A stretch of 64,000 nucleotides of DNA from Epithemia pelagica (lineage: Eukaryota; Protista; Bacillariophyta): positions 744,001 through 808,000 of the forward strand of contig OX337233.1 in NCBI GenBank assembly GCA_946965045.2, read 5' to 3'. The notes below the pieces were generated by a model that saw nothing but the letters and a program-made list of their open reading frames with translations, had not been told where the DNA came from and searched no databases. A program made the position numbers and the translations under genes. Positions 1 through 10,587 of the stretch are shown piece after piece (positions within the stretch are counted from its first letter, which is position 1; each line of letters begins with the position of its first letter).

Positions 1-521
1 TCATCTGCGAGGACGCCCTCAATCATGGTTGGCAATTTTTTTAGGATGGTACTTGCAGGTATTCGGTCGTGGAATCTGGCGGGTTCGACACCATTCCTTG
101 CACCATGAGAATAGACTAGACGTTCCAAAACCTTTTGTAGCTCTTGGGCGACTGTCTGTAGTCAGTGGATAGGACACAATTCATTGTGAGAACATTGCTG
201 CCTTATATTCCGATACAAATCGAAGACAGATACAAAATCACAAATTCAAACTTACCGGTGATGTTTGAACTTGAATACGATAGCGTGTCTGCCTTATTGT
301 CAGGATACCGCCATTGTAATGGAGAAGGCTTCCGAAAGTATGTACGAGCGGCTCAGCTCCGAACGAATCACAAACCGAAAAAAAATAGGGAGCAGTTGCG
401 TAAATGGTTTCGTAAAGCGCGGTCGTTCGTTGCGCTCCACTTTCGCCCCATTTGAGGGTCACAGACTTTTCATCGCCGTCAGTGGAGAGGGAACAATGTA
501 GGCCTTGTTCCTCTAAATACA

Positions 522-1109
522 GTGATAAATGATGCTACCCAACTTGAGCTTGCAACCTTTTTGCAAACCAAAAATGACACGGATTTTGTATTTTCAAGTG
601 ACTCCCTCCGATACACTTTGAATGCCTTTTCCCCAGGAGACCCCATCCTGTCTAATTTTGGCTATCGCATAGTCCTAGTCGACTTTTCGATTTCCGTAAC
701 GATACCAACGTCGTGGACACAAACTGAGGTGGAGCAATCACAACAGACTTTCGTGACGCAAACGCGCGAATTTTTGGAACAATTCTGGTCCGTGAATCAT
801 GTGGAAATGCGTTCTCTCATTTTCACGTACAGCGTATTTGGAGAACCCTGTATTCCACCCAATAACAATAAGAAGGAGACCGTGTACTTTTCCTTTGCCA
901 GTGCTTTGAAGGTGGACGCGGAGGCTCTTCAAGCCTATGAGGATCCAGTCGTTTTGTTCGAAGCGCTTCGTCAGACGTTTGAGGACCTTGACACTGTCTA
1001 CCTAGCCGACTATATCCGAATGACTGGAGGTCCGTTTTCCGAGACGGATCAATTTCTGTTTGGTACAAGTGGATCCTCACTACTCGATGATTGTATCGTC
1101 ATTTGCTAA
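522..1109 (+). CDS. Part (exon or fragment) of an uncharacterised protein, paralogous to the gene at 40623-42867
   Basis: 195-aa ORF. The segments ELATFLQT, IVLVDFSISVTIP and YFSFASALKVD...LFEALRQTFEDLDTVYLADY align by eye with ELAFFIQT, LVLVGFSISLRFP and YFPLTAYVEVD...LFELIRATFQDFGTEYLSGY of the 40.9-41.6 kb ORFs. Gene boundaries are unclear. Confidence 0.45.
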   Translation: MINDATQLELATFLQTKNDTDFVFSSDSLRYTLNAFSPGDPILSNFGYRIVLVDFSISVTIPTSWTQTEVEQSQQTFVTQTREFLEQFWSVNHVEMRSLIFTYSVFGEPCIPPNNNKKETVYFSFASALKVDAEALQAYEDPVVLFEALRQTFEDLDTVYLADYIRMTGGPFSETDQFLFGTSGSSLLDDCIVIC

Positions 1110-1505
1110 AGTGCACACACCAGAAGGAGAAAGGATCACCGCTCATTGAAAAGAGATCCATGCATAGATCCATGGTGAATCTTTATGGAGAAACGGCAAG
1201 TCAATCCTGGTTTTTTCATGCAAAGTACAGTTTCCGCCGGTGGAGTCCATGATCTGAGCAACAACGGTAGGCATGGACAATGGTCAAGTATCCTATCGTG
1301 GTTCTGTCTCATTGAATGATATGGAGGAGGAGTCAGACGAGGAACACTAGACCCCAATGGTTGGAAAATGGATGAGGATCTGATCAAGGCCTTGGCAACA
1401 AACAACGCGGTACCATTCGCGGAGGACATGTATTTCCAGCACCAAGAAGATTCTTGCCTTGTCACCCGCATGTGTTGCGTGTCTTATTATCTCTGTAGTA
1501 GATTC

Positions 1506-2766
1506 TCATCCACCTTGTCCAGAAATCACACTTCCAAAGGTAATCGGATCTTCGTAGAATGGATAATGTCCCCAGTCCACCGATTCATAAACTTGAAGGT
1601 GATGCGACAGCAGCGGAGACCAGACCTCCTTGTTGGAAGTGGGGTAACCAAAGTCACGCCATCCCGACAAGAGAAGGACGGGCGGCGGAACTGGAATCAT
1701 GGTGGAAGAGGAGGAGGAAGAGTCCACTGCTGGTGGAGGTGAAACAAGGGGTTGTGCCACATAGTCCCCGACAGCATCCATGCCGCCCCAAAATGTTCCC
1801 GTGTTGCGCAGAGCATCTTGGAGGGCCGGCGGAATACCCGTACGAGAACAATGGTTCCGCCAAAACTGGTCCTCCGAACCCGCTTCACGAGCCAGACGGT
1901 CATAATTGTCGTTGGCCACCGCCATGTTGGCGATTGCATTGCACAAGACCACCGAACGACACTTCGTCGTCTTGGCACTATGTCGTGTTGTGGAGTGTCG
2001 TCTCAAGTACTCATAGGCCAGACAGACACCAAAGGAATGACCAAACAAATGAAATGACTGTGAGGATGATTGTTCTTGATGTTCTTGTGGTGCAAGTGTC
2101 GAAAGAACCTGCTCCAGCACGGATTCCAAATCCCAGACAAACTGCGGGATGGAATAGCTAATGCACAGTCCAATCACCTCGGTTAGAGTGTGGCCACAAC
2201 ATTTCAAACAGCTGACACTGTATCCAACAGAGGGGGAACCTACCAGGAACGATCCCTTGGCTTGTCACTTTTGCCGCATCCCAACTGATCATAGAAAATG
2301 ATTGGTCGTTGGACCGCCAACAGCGGAACAATCGGGTACAAATACTGGGAAGGCAAGGACCTGAATCATGCAAAAGAAGAAGAGACACGGAACCAAATGT
2401 TTGAGTTGTCAGTCTTCTAATACTTTGTCTTGGAACGGCGTGACACTATGAAATCACAAAGTCTCATTCCCCAACCATAGTAACTTACGGTCCTCCATGA
2501 ACAATGACCAAAGGAGTCCGGTTGCTTTGGGCATTGTAGACTCGATAATAGAGCTTATATGACGACGACTCGGTTCGCAGCACAACCACTCGACCTTCTT
2601 GAAAGGGTCCATACTCGGTCGTTCCAGCAGTTGCCAATCCACAACATGTGCTGCTGCTGCGGACTGGAATCTTCCCAAGCTTTCCAAACCTCCGTGACAC
2701 GAGTCCATCTGTCACGTCCGCACAGACCACCATCCAAAGCAAGATTCTGGAGAAAAACTTCATCAT
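1506..2766 (-). CDS. Proline iminopeptidase-like alpha/beta hydrolase with N-terminal targeting peptide; 3 exons (2766-2489, 2360-2244, 2157-1506)
   Basis: Splicing the GT-AG introns 2488-2361 and 2243-2158 gives VIVHGGPSLPSQYL...IIFYDQLGCGKSDKP...FGHSFG (nucleophile elbow)...WGHYPFYED. Confidence 0.85.
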
Positions 2767-3954
2767 GGTGAAGGAGCATGTAGATAGGGATTTGAGATGG
2801 TGATGGCGACGAAAGATCGCGATCTTTTACAGCGCAGGATGCACAGGCGGCGCGCGCGCATCGAGAACATTTTTGGTCGTGGTCATGAGGTCTACGACGA
2901 ATGCATCCGTGAGATCTGACACTGACAAAGGACATCTTCCCCTCCTTAAAACATGTCGACCTCGGATGTAGCATACGAGATAGGGTGCATACGATTTCTT
3001 GGCACAAGCGACGGTAAAGCGCTTGTCCATCTCCCCTCCGACATCAAGGTCTCTTTCGCGAGAAGGATCAATTTCTATTTGGAGCGGGTGGATCCCAACT
3101 GCTGAGTCATAGAGCACCCTATAAAAAGCCCCTCGTTGACAGGAGATCCAACTATAGATCCATGACGCATCTTCTCGGTTACGTATAGTGATAGTCGTGT
3201 CGTCAGTGAAGCAAAAGCATCTTCGAAAGCCAAAAGACACGTCTGGCATCGATCCCCGATGACGACAGTCAGGCCATTAGGTTTTGTACATGATTGTCAG
3301 AATGTTCTTGTGCTTGGAAAAGACAGTCGCCGTTTTCTATCCGAGGACACGCGACGTACAAACTATACGAGGCAACGCCGTCGGTGTTCCTGTTTCTGAA
3401 ACGACGATGCTAGGTAGTACAACAGCGCACATGGAGGGTAATCAACTCCGACATTTTCTTCCATAGCATGCGATCAATCAAGATCCGTTCAAGTATGGAA
3501 ACTGGCGACCGTACTCATAGGACAGCCGCGTGAGCACAATGAGATTTTTATGTAACAAAGATTTGAGTGCTTCCAGAAGACTCCCCTGCGACAAAGTTGG
3601 GGTGTACAACCGAGCCGAAGTGCGTCCTTGTTTCGAAGTTCCATCGTCAATATTCCCTTTACTTCTCCACAAGTTGTGGGATCGCAGAAAGCTCTGACGA
3701 AAAATTCGTTCCGCGGGGATATATCATAGTGTCTCTAAGAAACTTTCCCGCGCCGCTGTTTGCACGTGCAAGGCGGAGACGAGCAGTCACGCACAACTCC
3801 TTATCATTCTCGAACTGTCAACTCCATGATCCATAGAGAGGAAAGAGTAGCTTTAGAAGACGCAACGCGTCGTCCCTGCGTGACCCAAATTTTTCCCGGA
3901 TGCAGTTGTACCCTCCAACGGACGGCCGATCGGCATCTCCGCGCAAGCGTGACG

Positions 3955-4041
3955 GTATGGGCTCCGGGGGACGAAAAATTCCACCGCGAAAACGTAATAT
4001 TATCTATCGCGGTGGAATTTTTCGTCCCCCGGAGCCCATAC
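3955..4041. repeat. Perfect 35-bp inverted repeat with 17-nt spacer (possible Tc1/mariner-type mini-MITE 3958-4038 with TA duplication)
   Basis: Arms 3955-3989 (gtatgggctccgggggacgaaaaattccaccgcga) and 4007-4041 are exact reverse complements. TA lies at 3956-57 and 4039-40. Confidence 0.9.
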
Positions 4042-4192
4042 GGAAGCCGACCCCACGGAGAACACATGAATGAGGCACGGATTCAAGGATTCCTTCTTCC
4101 TTCCCTCCTCTTCGGTTGCTCGTCCACAGATCTCACAATTCTCAAACTGGTGCGAACGAGAAAGACGAGCGAGAAGAACTAGAAGTACGAAG

Positions 4193-6112
4193 ATGAAGCT
4201 CTCTTATGCAGTTGTATTGATCCAAGCGATGGCGTTCGTTCCTCTTGTGGTCGCCAACTCTTCTGACAACTTGAGTGGTGATCGCTACCAACGAGGGTTG
4301 GAGGTAAGTGTGGAGTTTGAGCTCTTGGACGAGTATCTCTCTTCCCCTTGCATGGTGCTCACATCTGTCCCCTTTATCGTTGCAGGAAGATGAAGGCAAG
4401 GGTAAGGGCAAGGGAGGATATGGCAAAAAGACCAAGTACTCTGGAAAGGGAGGGGACTACGACTATGGAAAAGGTGGCAAGGGAAAAGGAAAGGTAAGGG
4501 GCAACTAGAAATCCATTCGAAGTAGTTGATGAACGCTCACAGCAATGATGCATTCGTTCAAAAATTTTCAGGGAAAAGGCAAAGGACAGTACTACGAGTA
4601 GTAAGTGTCGTCGCACGTCAACCAGAAAGACAACGGCTTCATGCTCATCCGATTGTGTATTCTAATTTTGTTTCCTGTTTTTGCAGTGTGAAACCAACAT
4701 CCCATCCGACTGAAAAGCCTACCGAGAAACCAGTTCCTACTGCTAAGCCGACGGAAACTCCGACTTTGAAACCAGTTGACACGGAGAAGCCAACCGAGAA
4801 ACCCATTGAGACTTTGAAGCCCACTTCGAAGCCGACAGAGAAGCCCGTGGAAACGTTCAAGCCCACTTCGAAGCCGACGGAGAAGCCTGTGGACACCTTC
4901 AAGCCCACTTCGAAGCCGACGGAGAAGCCTGTGGACACCTTCAAACCCACTTCGAAGCCGACGGAAAAGCCCACGGAAAAGCCTGTGGACACCTTCAAAC
5001 CCACTTCTAAACCGACCGAAAAGCCCACGGAAAAGCCTGTCGAAACATTCAAGCCCACTTCGAAGCCGACGGTCAAGCCCACGGAAAAGCCTGTGGAAAC
5101 CTTCAAGCCCACTTCTAAACCGACGGAAAAGCCCACGGAAAAGCCTGTCGAAACATTCAAGCCCACTTCGAAGCCGACTGAAAAGCCCACGGAAAAGCCT
5201 GTCGAAACTTTGAAGCCCACTTCGAAGCCGACTGAAAAGCCCACGGAAAAGCCTGTGGAGACGTTCAAGCCCACTTCGAAGCCGACGGTCAAGCCCACGG
5301 AAAAGCCTGTGGAAACCTTCAAGCCCACTTCTAAACCAACCGAAAAGCCCACGGAAAAGCCTGTCGAAACGTACAAGCCCACCTCCAAACCGACCGAAAA
5401 GCCCACGGAGAAACCTGTCGAAACCTTCAAGCCCACTTCCAAACCGACCGAAAAGCCCACGGAAAAGCCTGTGGAAACGTACAAGCCCACTTTGAAACCG
5501 ACGGTCAAGCCTGTTGTCGAGACGATGAAACCCACGTACAAGCCTGTCCTCGAAACGATGAAACCCACCGACAAACCAACGATCAAGCCCGTGGCCAGCA
5601 CTACCTACAAACCGACGGCCAAGCCGACCGTGAAACCGACCAAGGGTGGCAAAAAGAAACATTACGACAATGACGAAAACGACGAGGAAGTGGAACCCTC
5701 GTGTCGTCACGGAGTCTTTACCGCCGTTCATTTGTGGGATGGCAAGATTGTGGAACCGGATGGTGCGACGTATTACATGGATCAAATGGAATATCCCTCA
5801 ACCGCCATGGGCGTGCAATTCCCCTTTGTCGGAACCGTCTACGATGCTCCCGGTGGTCGGGACATTGGGACCAATGCCGAATTGTGTACCCGCTTGAACG
5901 ATGCCCATGTTTGGCACTGTCAAGGAACCTATGTCAACTTGTATGGCTGTGTGGGAAGCTTGGCCTTTGCGGGTATCTTTGACGATTCGACCGATTCGGG
6001 TCATTTGGTCGTGACCGGTGGAACGGGTGATTTCTTGGGTGCCATGGGGTCCATGGAGGACACCTTTGATCCATACACGGGCTTTACCTCCCGTGTCATT
6101 AGCCTCGTCTAA
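4193..6112 (+). CDS. Secreted Lys/Gly/Tyr-rich plus PT-repeat protein with C-terminal dirigent/allene-oxide-cyclase-like domain; 4 exons (4193-4303, 4386-4493, 4572-4600, 4687-6112)
   Basis: Signal peptide [24 protein letters not shown] (RxL) motif, [10 protein letters not shown] exons, about 20 [14 protein letters not shown]-type repeats, C-terminal [15 protein letters not shown] motif. The three GT-AG introns restore one continuous frame. Confidence 0.85.
4700..5640 (+). repeat. Coding tandem repeat (30/42-nt units encoding [14 protein letters not shown] variants)
   Basis: aagcccacttc / aagcctgt units recur throughout the interval. Confidence 0.95.
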
Positions 6113-7230
6113 CTCTGTTGCGAGTGGACAGGACCGCTTGACCCTTTCGTTCTATAACATGCCCACCCGAGACTTGATACTGTTGGGGGAACGACGACTG
6201 TTGGTAGAGATCCACTGGAGAGGGAGTTTTCTTTCCGAGTCGGTATATTGTCGTTGTCGTCACATTTTTATAACTATGAAAAAGGTATGTTTGTTGGTAC
6301 AGAGACCCAGTGAAATCTTGTTGTATCCCCCACACGCGAAAGACCACTACACGTGTGTGGACAAGATTCCTTGGAGTAGTGATGAGACCGTACGAATAGA
6401 ACTGTGTTACCTTTGCCATTGGAATAGCTGCGATAGGATATGGTCCAGTGTCCAGGCGTCTCTAGTCCATTGATCCAGTGGACCAGAAACGGCCCCTAGT
6501 CGACCAACCATGAACGCGATCCTTTTGCACCAAACATTTTGTTGGGAGTCCTTTGGTTTTGCCTGAAACAAACTGTTGTGGTTGGTGACTGCATGCGTCA
6601 CCTTTGGAATGGCATGCATCATGACATGGCGTCATCCAGTGTTCTTGTAGGTTGTTTTGGTCCTACTCGTAGTAGCATCGTGCCATTGGCATCCAAAAGA
6701 TTCGTTGGTCCCGGATGCGAGGATAAAGTCGCAGAAAAGTCGCTTTCACCTACCACGGCTATCCCCATCCAAAACAAATCATGGAGCCATCAATCATATC
6801 TCTCATAAAAAACAAAAGATAGGACTATGTCCAACAGGATCCGTCCCAGGAGACCTGACACTTGACCTGTCGACAACAGCAAACGTCCAAAAAATAGTCC
6901 TCGTGCGGTAGATCCTCTTTCTTCTCGCGGGTTCCACATGGTGTGTCCTATTCCCTCATGACTGCAGCCTGTTGCGTTCCAAAAACAAACTCCCTCTCCT
7001 TTAGTATAGTCGCAGAGTGTGATGCATCGATGGAACCAATTCATGAGCCACGCGCAAGTGCTTTGGCAGGATGAATCGTGCAATATATATAGGTAGATGA
7101 AGTGGCGCAATGGACCAAACACATTCCGTAGATCTGGTCCTTCCCGAGGGAACCACCTCCAACAGGCGACGGACCGTGGGGGTCCAGTCGTCGAGTGCTG
7201 CCCCTGTCAGTGTTTGGGGAGAGCGTGTTC

Positions 7231-9786
7231 TTAGGGTCCTCCTCCTTCGACTACTGCGGCATCATTCGGATCGTCTGGTTCATCATAGAGTTGATCCAAT
7301 CGTGGATATTCCGTCTCAAAGGTCAAGTGGGACAGGGGGACGCGATGATACAGGTCCCATCCCGCAAGGAGCACGACCCAACACAAGACATGCCAGGCCT
7401 CCAATAGGAGTCCGCCCTCGTAGAGAGGAGTGGTTGTCGTTTCCCCAAAATGATGGTACAGTGCCAAGAGAGCCGTGGCCACGACCATGCCAGCCGCGAG
7501 ACTGCGAGGAACGGCCATGGCGCCCGACATGGCTGTCATGGTCGTTGTGGTGGTCGTCGGGTCGGACGCCGCCGCCGACGACGATGCCCACAGGATGACG
7601 AGTTGATCCACGGCGACACTCACGACAATCAGGCACGTGACATGGGCCAGTACCAAGGGCAGGATCCAACCACAGTGAGCCTGTTCGACAGAATTCGACG
7701 GTTCCTCATCATGGTCCATCCCCAAGAGACAGGTCCATCCCGTTTGAAACTGCGTGCCCCATTCGGAACTGGGATACAATCGATACCACGCTTCGTTTTG
7801 TGAGGATAATGGTTGACCCAGACCTTGAAGGGGAAAGACAAGGGGTGACAAGAGACTGCAAAAGAGGCATTGGAACAAACTCAAGAGACTGTCGAGTTTG
7901 TGCATGGATACCGGTTGTTTGTAGTGGACCAAGACTTGTTCCTTGTACAATTGTGAGGCCGCGGCGGGCAGTGTGGCGGCCACAAAAGCGAGCGTATTCC
8001 ACGCGACCGTCACGGACGGCCACACGAGCCACACCATGGAGGACGACGACACTGTTGTGGTTGTCGTCGTATCATTGTTGGAATCCACGCCAACAAACAA
8101 CAGGGTATACAAGCACGGTGCCAATGCCAGGAACAGGGCGAGTGTCATCCCCAAGGATCCCCGTACATGACTCCGGGTCAATCCACCCCATCCGGCGAGG
8201 GGCTGATGGTATTGTTGTTGGTGGTGATGGTGTGGATGCAATGTGGGAGACGGCGTGGTGGTTGTCGTAGTCGTCGGTGGCGGCAAGCCATGGGACTTGT
8301 GATGATTGCAAGTGTTGTTGCGAGAGGGTGAAAAGCGAGTCGTTGAAGCCGCAGGAGCACCACCATTGGTGTGAGGATGATGGGTGGTGGAACACTTGGA
8401 TCCATCGTGTGGTGGCGAGACATGATTGGGAGATGGGGGCGACACTCTCTCATTGTCATTTTCCGAGGTTCCACACAAAACAGTCCAACCAAAACAACAT
8501 CCCCGTCGTCCGGCTCGGACTTGTTCCAGAACCAAACTGGTCCAGGGGACAACCGCTTGCAGGAAAAATACTGTTTGGGTCGGTGTCACGTATCGGCCCG
8601 TGACAAAGAGCAGCATGAGACTCGAGACATCCAAAAAGGCCATGGCGGCCACTTCCGTCCAGGGAATGCCCAAGGGACGACGCCACCAGTCCACTACAGA
8701 AGAGGAGGCAGTGGTTGGGCTAGTGCTGGCACCAAACGGAGACGACGTCGTTGTCGGTGCTGCCATCCAGTCTCCTCCTCCTCCACCAAAGGAGGAACCC
8801 AAGGGTCGTGGTCGTCGTTGTTGCGTGGCAGTATGGTTGGTGGAGGAATCGTCGTCGTACTCCAGGGGGGAGGACGACGACGATGTCCAGGGAGGACGAA
8901 GGCGACCCAGGTTATTGTTGGTACTGTTGTTCGTCATTGTTCTCCAACCATTTCTCCTTGCTGCTTGTTGCTGATTCCAGGAATGCCAGGCCCCCACGAG
9001 CCACCCACCGAGACCCAGTACGAGACTGTGCGTGGCGGTTACCACCACCACGACCAATAACCTTAAGGGTCCAGCGGCATCGACCAACCATTTGAAGGTA
9101 CACCGTTCTCCCGCATAACTCGTGGCCAAGACCATCATTATCATCATACACCGTTGAGTACGACGGCTCGTTTGGTAATCGTCCGGAAGGATATCATCAC
9201 CGTTCAACACGGCTTGGTCGTCGTCGTCGACATTAGGCGATGGAGTGCCGACGCAGCAACATGTTGTGCATCGTATTTGTGGTTCGTCCTGGTCCGTTTC
9301 ATAGTCCTCGTCCAGATAGGTGTCTTCTTCGTCGTCTTCCTCGTCTTGGGAATCAGTAGTAGTAGTAGTAACAGCACCACCTTCCATCATGCGATGAGTC
9401 GTACTGCCATAATAGGAGGAAGAGGATGTACGTGACTGGAAGGAAGCATTGGAAAACGAGGTTTGTGGATGTAGATACCCATTCATGGGTACTGCCGTAG
9501 TAGCAGAAGCAGCAGCCGTAGGAGAACCACCACCATTCCAGGGAGACACGGGAGAGGTTGTCGTTGACGACGACGACAAGAGGGCTTGTCGCTCCGTGGC
9601 AGTTCCAGAAATGTTCCTCGATCCTTCTCCTTCTTCGTGAGGTTGGGATGCTTGTCGGGCGGCTGCCGCTGCTGCCGCGGCGGCATCGGCTTCATCCAAG
9701 ACCCGTCCCAACATGGTTCTTGTCGTCTTCCTTTCTTCCTTCTTTTGGAACGAGAGAAGAAAATGAGGCAAAGCAGCCCCAACCAA
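7231..9786 (-). CDS. CRT-like (chloroquine-resistance-transporter-like, DMT superfamily) membrane transporter; probable start at ATG 9714
   Basis: 851-aa ORF with multiple hydrophobic segments and CRT/CLT-type motifs ERCTFKWLVD, FLDVSSLMLLFVTGRYVTPTQTVFFLQAVVPW, YKEQVLVHYKQPV...LSLFQ. Confidence 0.7.
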   Translation of the reverse strand: MVGAALPHFLLSFQKKEERKTTRTMLGRVLDEADAAAAAAAAARQASQPHEEGEGSRNISGTATERQALLSSSSTTTSPVSPWNGGGSPTAAASATTAVPMNGYLHPQTSFSNASFQSRTSSSSYYGSTTHRMMEGGAVTTTTTDSQDEEDDEEDTYLDEDYETDQDEPQIRCTTCCCVGTPSPNVDDDDQAVLNGDDILPDDYQTSRRTQRCMMIMMVLATSYAGERCTFKWLVDAAGPLRLLVVVVVTATHSLVLGLGGWLVGAWHSWNQQQAARRNGWRTMTNNSTNNNLGRLRPPWTSSSSSPLEYDDDSSTNHTATQQRRPRPLGSSFGGGGGDWMAAPTTTSSPFGASTSPTTASSSVVDWWRRPLGIPWTEVAAMAFLDVSSLMLLFVTGRYVTPTQTVFFLQAVVPWTSLVLEQVRAGRRGCCFGWTVLCGTSENDNERVSPPSPNHVSPPHDGSKCSTTHHPHTNGGAPAASTTRFSPSRNNTCNHHKSHGLPPPTTTTTTTPSPTLHPHHHHQQQYHQPLAGWGGLTRSHVRGSLGMTLALFLALAPCLYTLLFVGVDSNNDTTTTTTVSSSSMVWLVWPSVTVAWNTLAFVAATLPAAASQLYKEQVLVHYKQPVSMHKLDSLLSLFQCLFCSLLSPLVFPLQGLGQPLSSQNEAWYRLYPSSEWGTQFQTGWTCLLGMDHDEEPSNSVEQAHCGWILPLVLAHVTCLIVVSVAVDQLVILWASSSAAASDPTTTTTTMTAMSGAMAVPRSLAAGMVVATALLALYHHFGETTTTPLYEGGLLLEAWHVLCWVVLLAGWDLYHRVPLSHLTFETEYPRLDQLYDEPDDPNDAAVVEGGGP

Positions 9787-9903
9787 CCCTCAATTCGGGA
9801 AGAAGTTTGTCCCTGCAACTGTGCGTTTGCGTGACCCGTTGGTTCTCGCAGAAAAAAAGGGTGTGTGTGTATCTGGAGCACAATAAAGCTCTTTGGGGCA
9901 GCA

Positions 9904-9930
<27 letters not shown>
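9904..9930. repeat. (GA)n microsatellite upstream of the CRT-like gene
   Basis: agagagagagagagagagagagagaga run read directly. Confidence 0.95.
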
Positions 9931-9934
<4 letters not shown>

Positions 9935-10587
9935 GACGACAATCCACCAACCAACAACAACCCAACACCGAAAAGCGACACACAATGACAGCACAACAAG
10001 ATTTTGGTTCCGTCCACGTCGTCGCAACAACACAAAAACCACAAAAGACAAAAGGGGGCAAGAGAAAAAGAGGAGAGTTGTGTCACGCTTTTTGTTGCTC
10101 CGCGTGCGTGTGAGGATAGTAGTACGCGCTTAGGTCGCGGTGGTGAGAGGAGAGAAGGGAGGGAAACAGAAAAGAGCTACTCTCCAGTAGTTCCTCCCAA
10201 ACGAAAGAGCCGTTCCAGAAAGAACGAGTATAGGGACAGGTCTATCAGTACAGGACGGGCCTTGCCACACTTTGCCTTTGGAATTCGTTGGACTACTACT
10301 CCTACTATTCTATATTCCTACAGTTGTTGTGAAGATACTGATTTCTCCCTTCATCATCATCATCATTCGTTGTGTAAATGTGTTGCAACCAGAATAGGAT
10401 ATATATTACAAAATGCGCCCAACAACACAGCATATGAAGAAGAAGAACCAAAGGGTGGTCCTCGTTTTTGCTCTACACCATTCGGTCGGTCGTTTCATCA
10501 TCATCATCCTCACGACGACGACGAGTACCGTCCCCGGTCCGTCGTCGTCGTCGAGTGTGGATGATGCGGACTGTGAATGCGCGCCGC

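Noticed and set aside
3407-3421. 15-bp exact match ATGCTAGGTAGTACA with 12394-12408
   Set aside because: A few 15-mer matches are expected by chance in 64 kb, and the match does not extend.
2827-3672. Short minus-strand ORFs between the hydrolase and the wall-protein gene
   Set aside because: No recognisable motif or consistent splice model. They could be a decayed gene but cannot be supported.
4700-5640. Regular repeats that could suggest a CRISPR array
   Set aside because: The units are in-frame coding repeats with no unique spacers, the DNA is eukaryotic, and there are no cas genes.
4592-5785. Long antisense ORFs (397 and 318 aa) over the PT repeat; likewise 19913-21407 and 33467-34994
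   Set aside because: Shadow frames of a codon-periodic repeat. The spliced sense gene explains the sequence.
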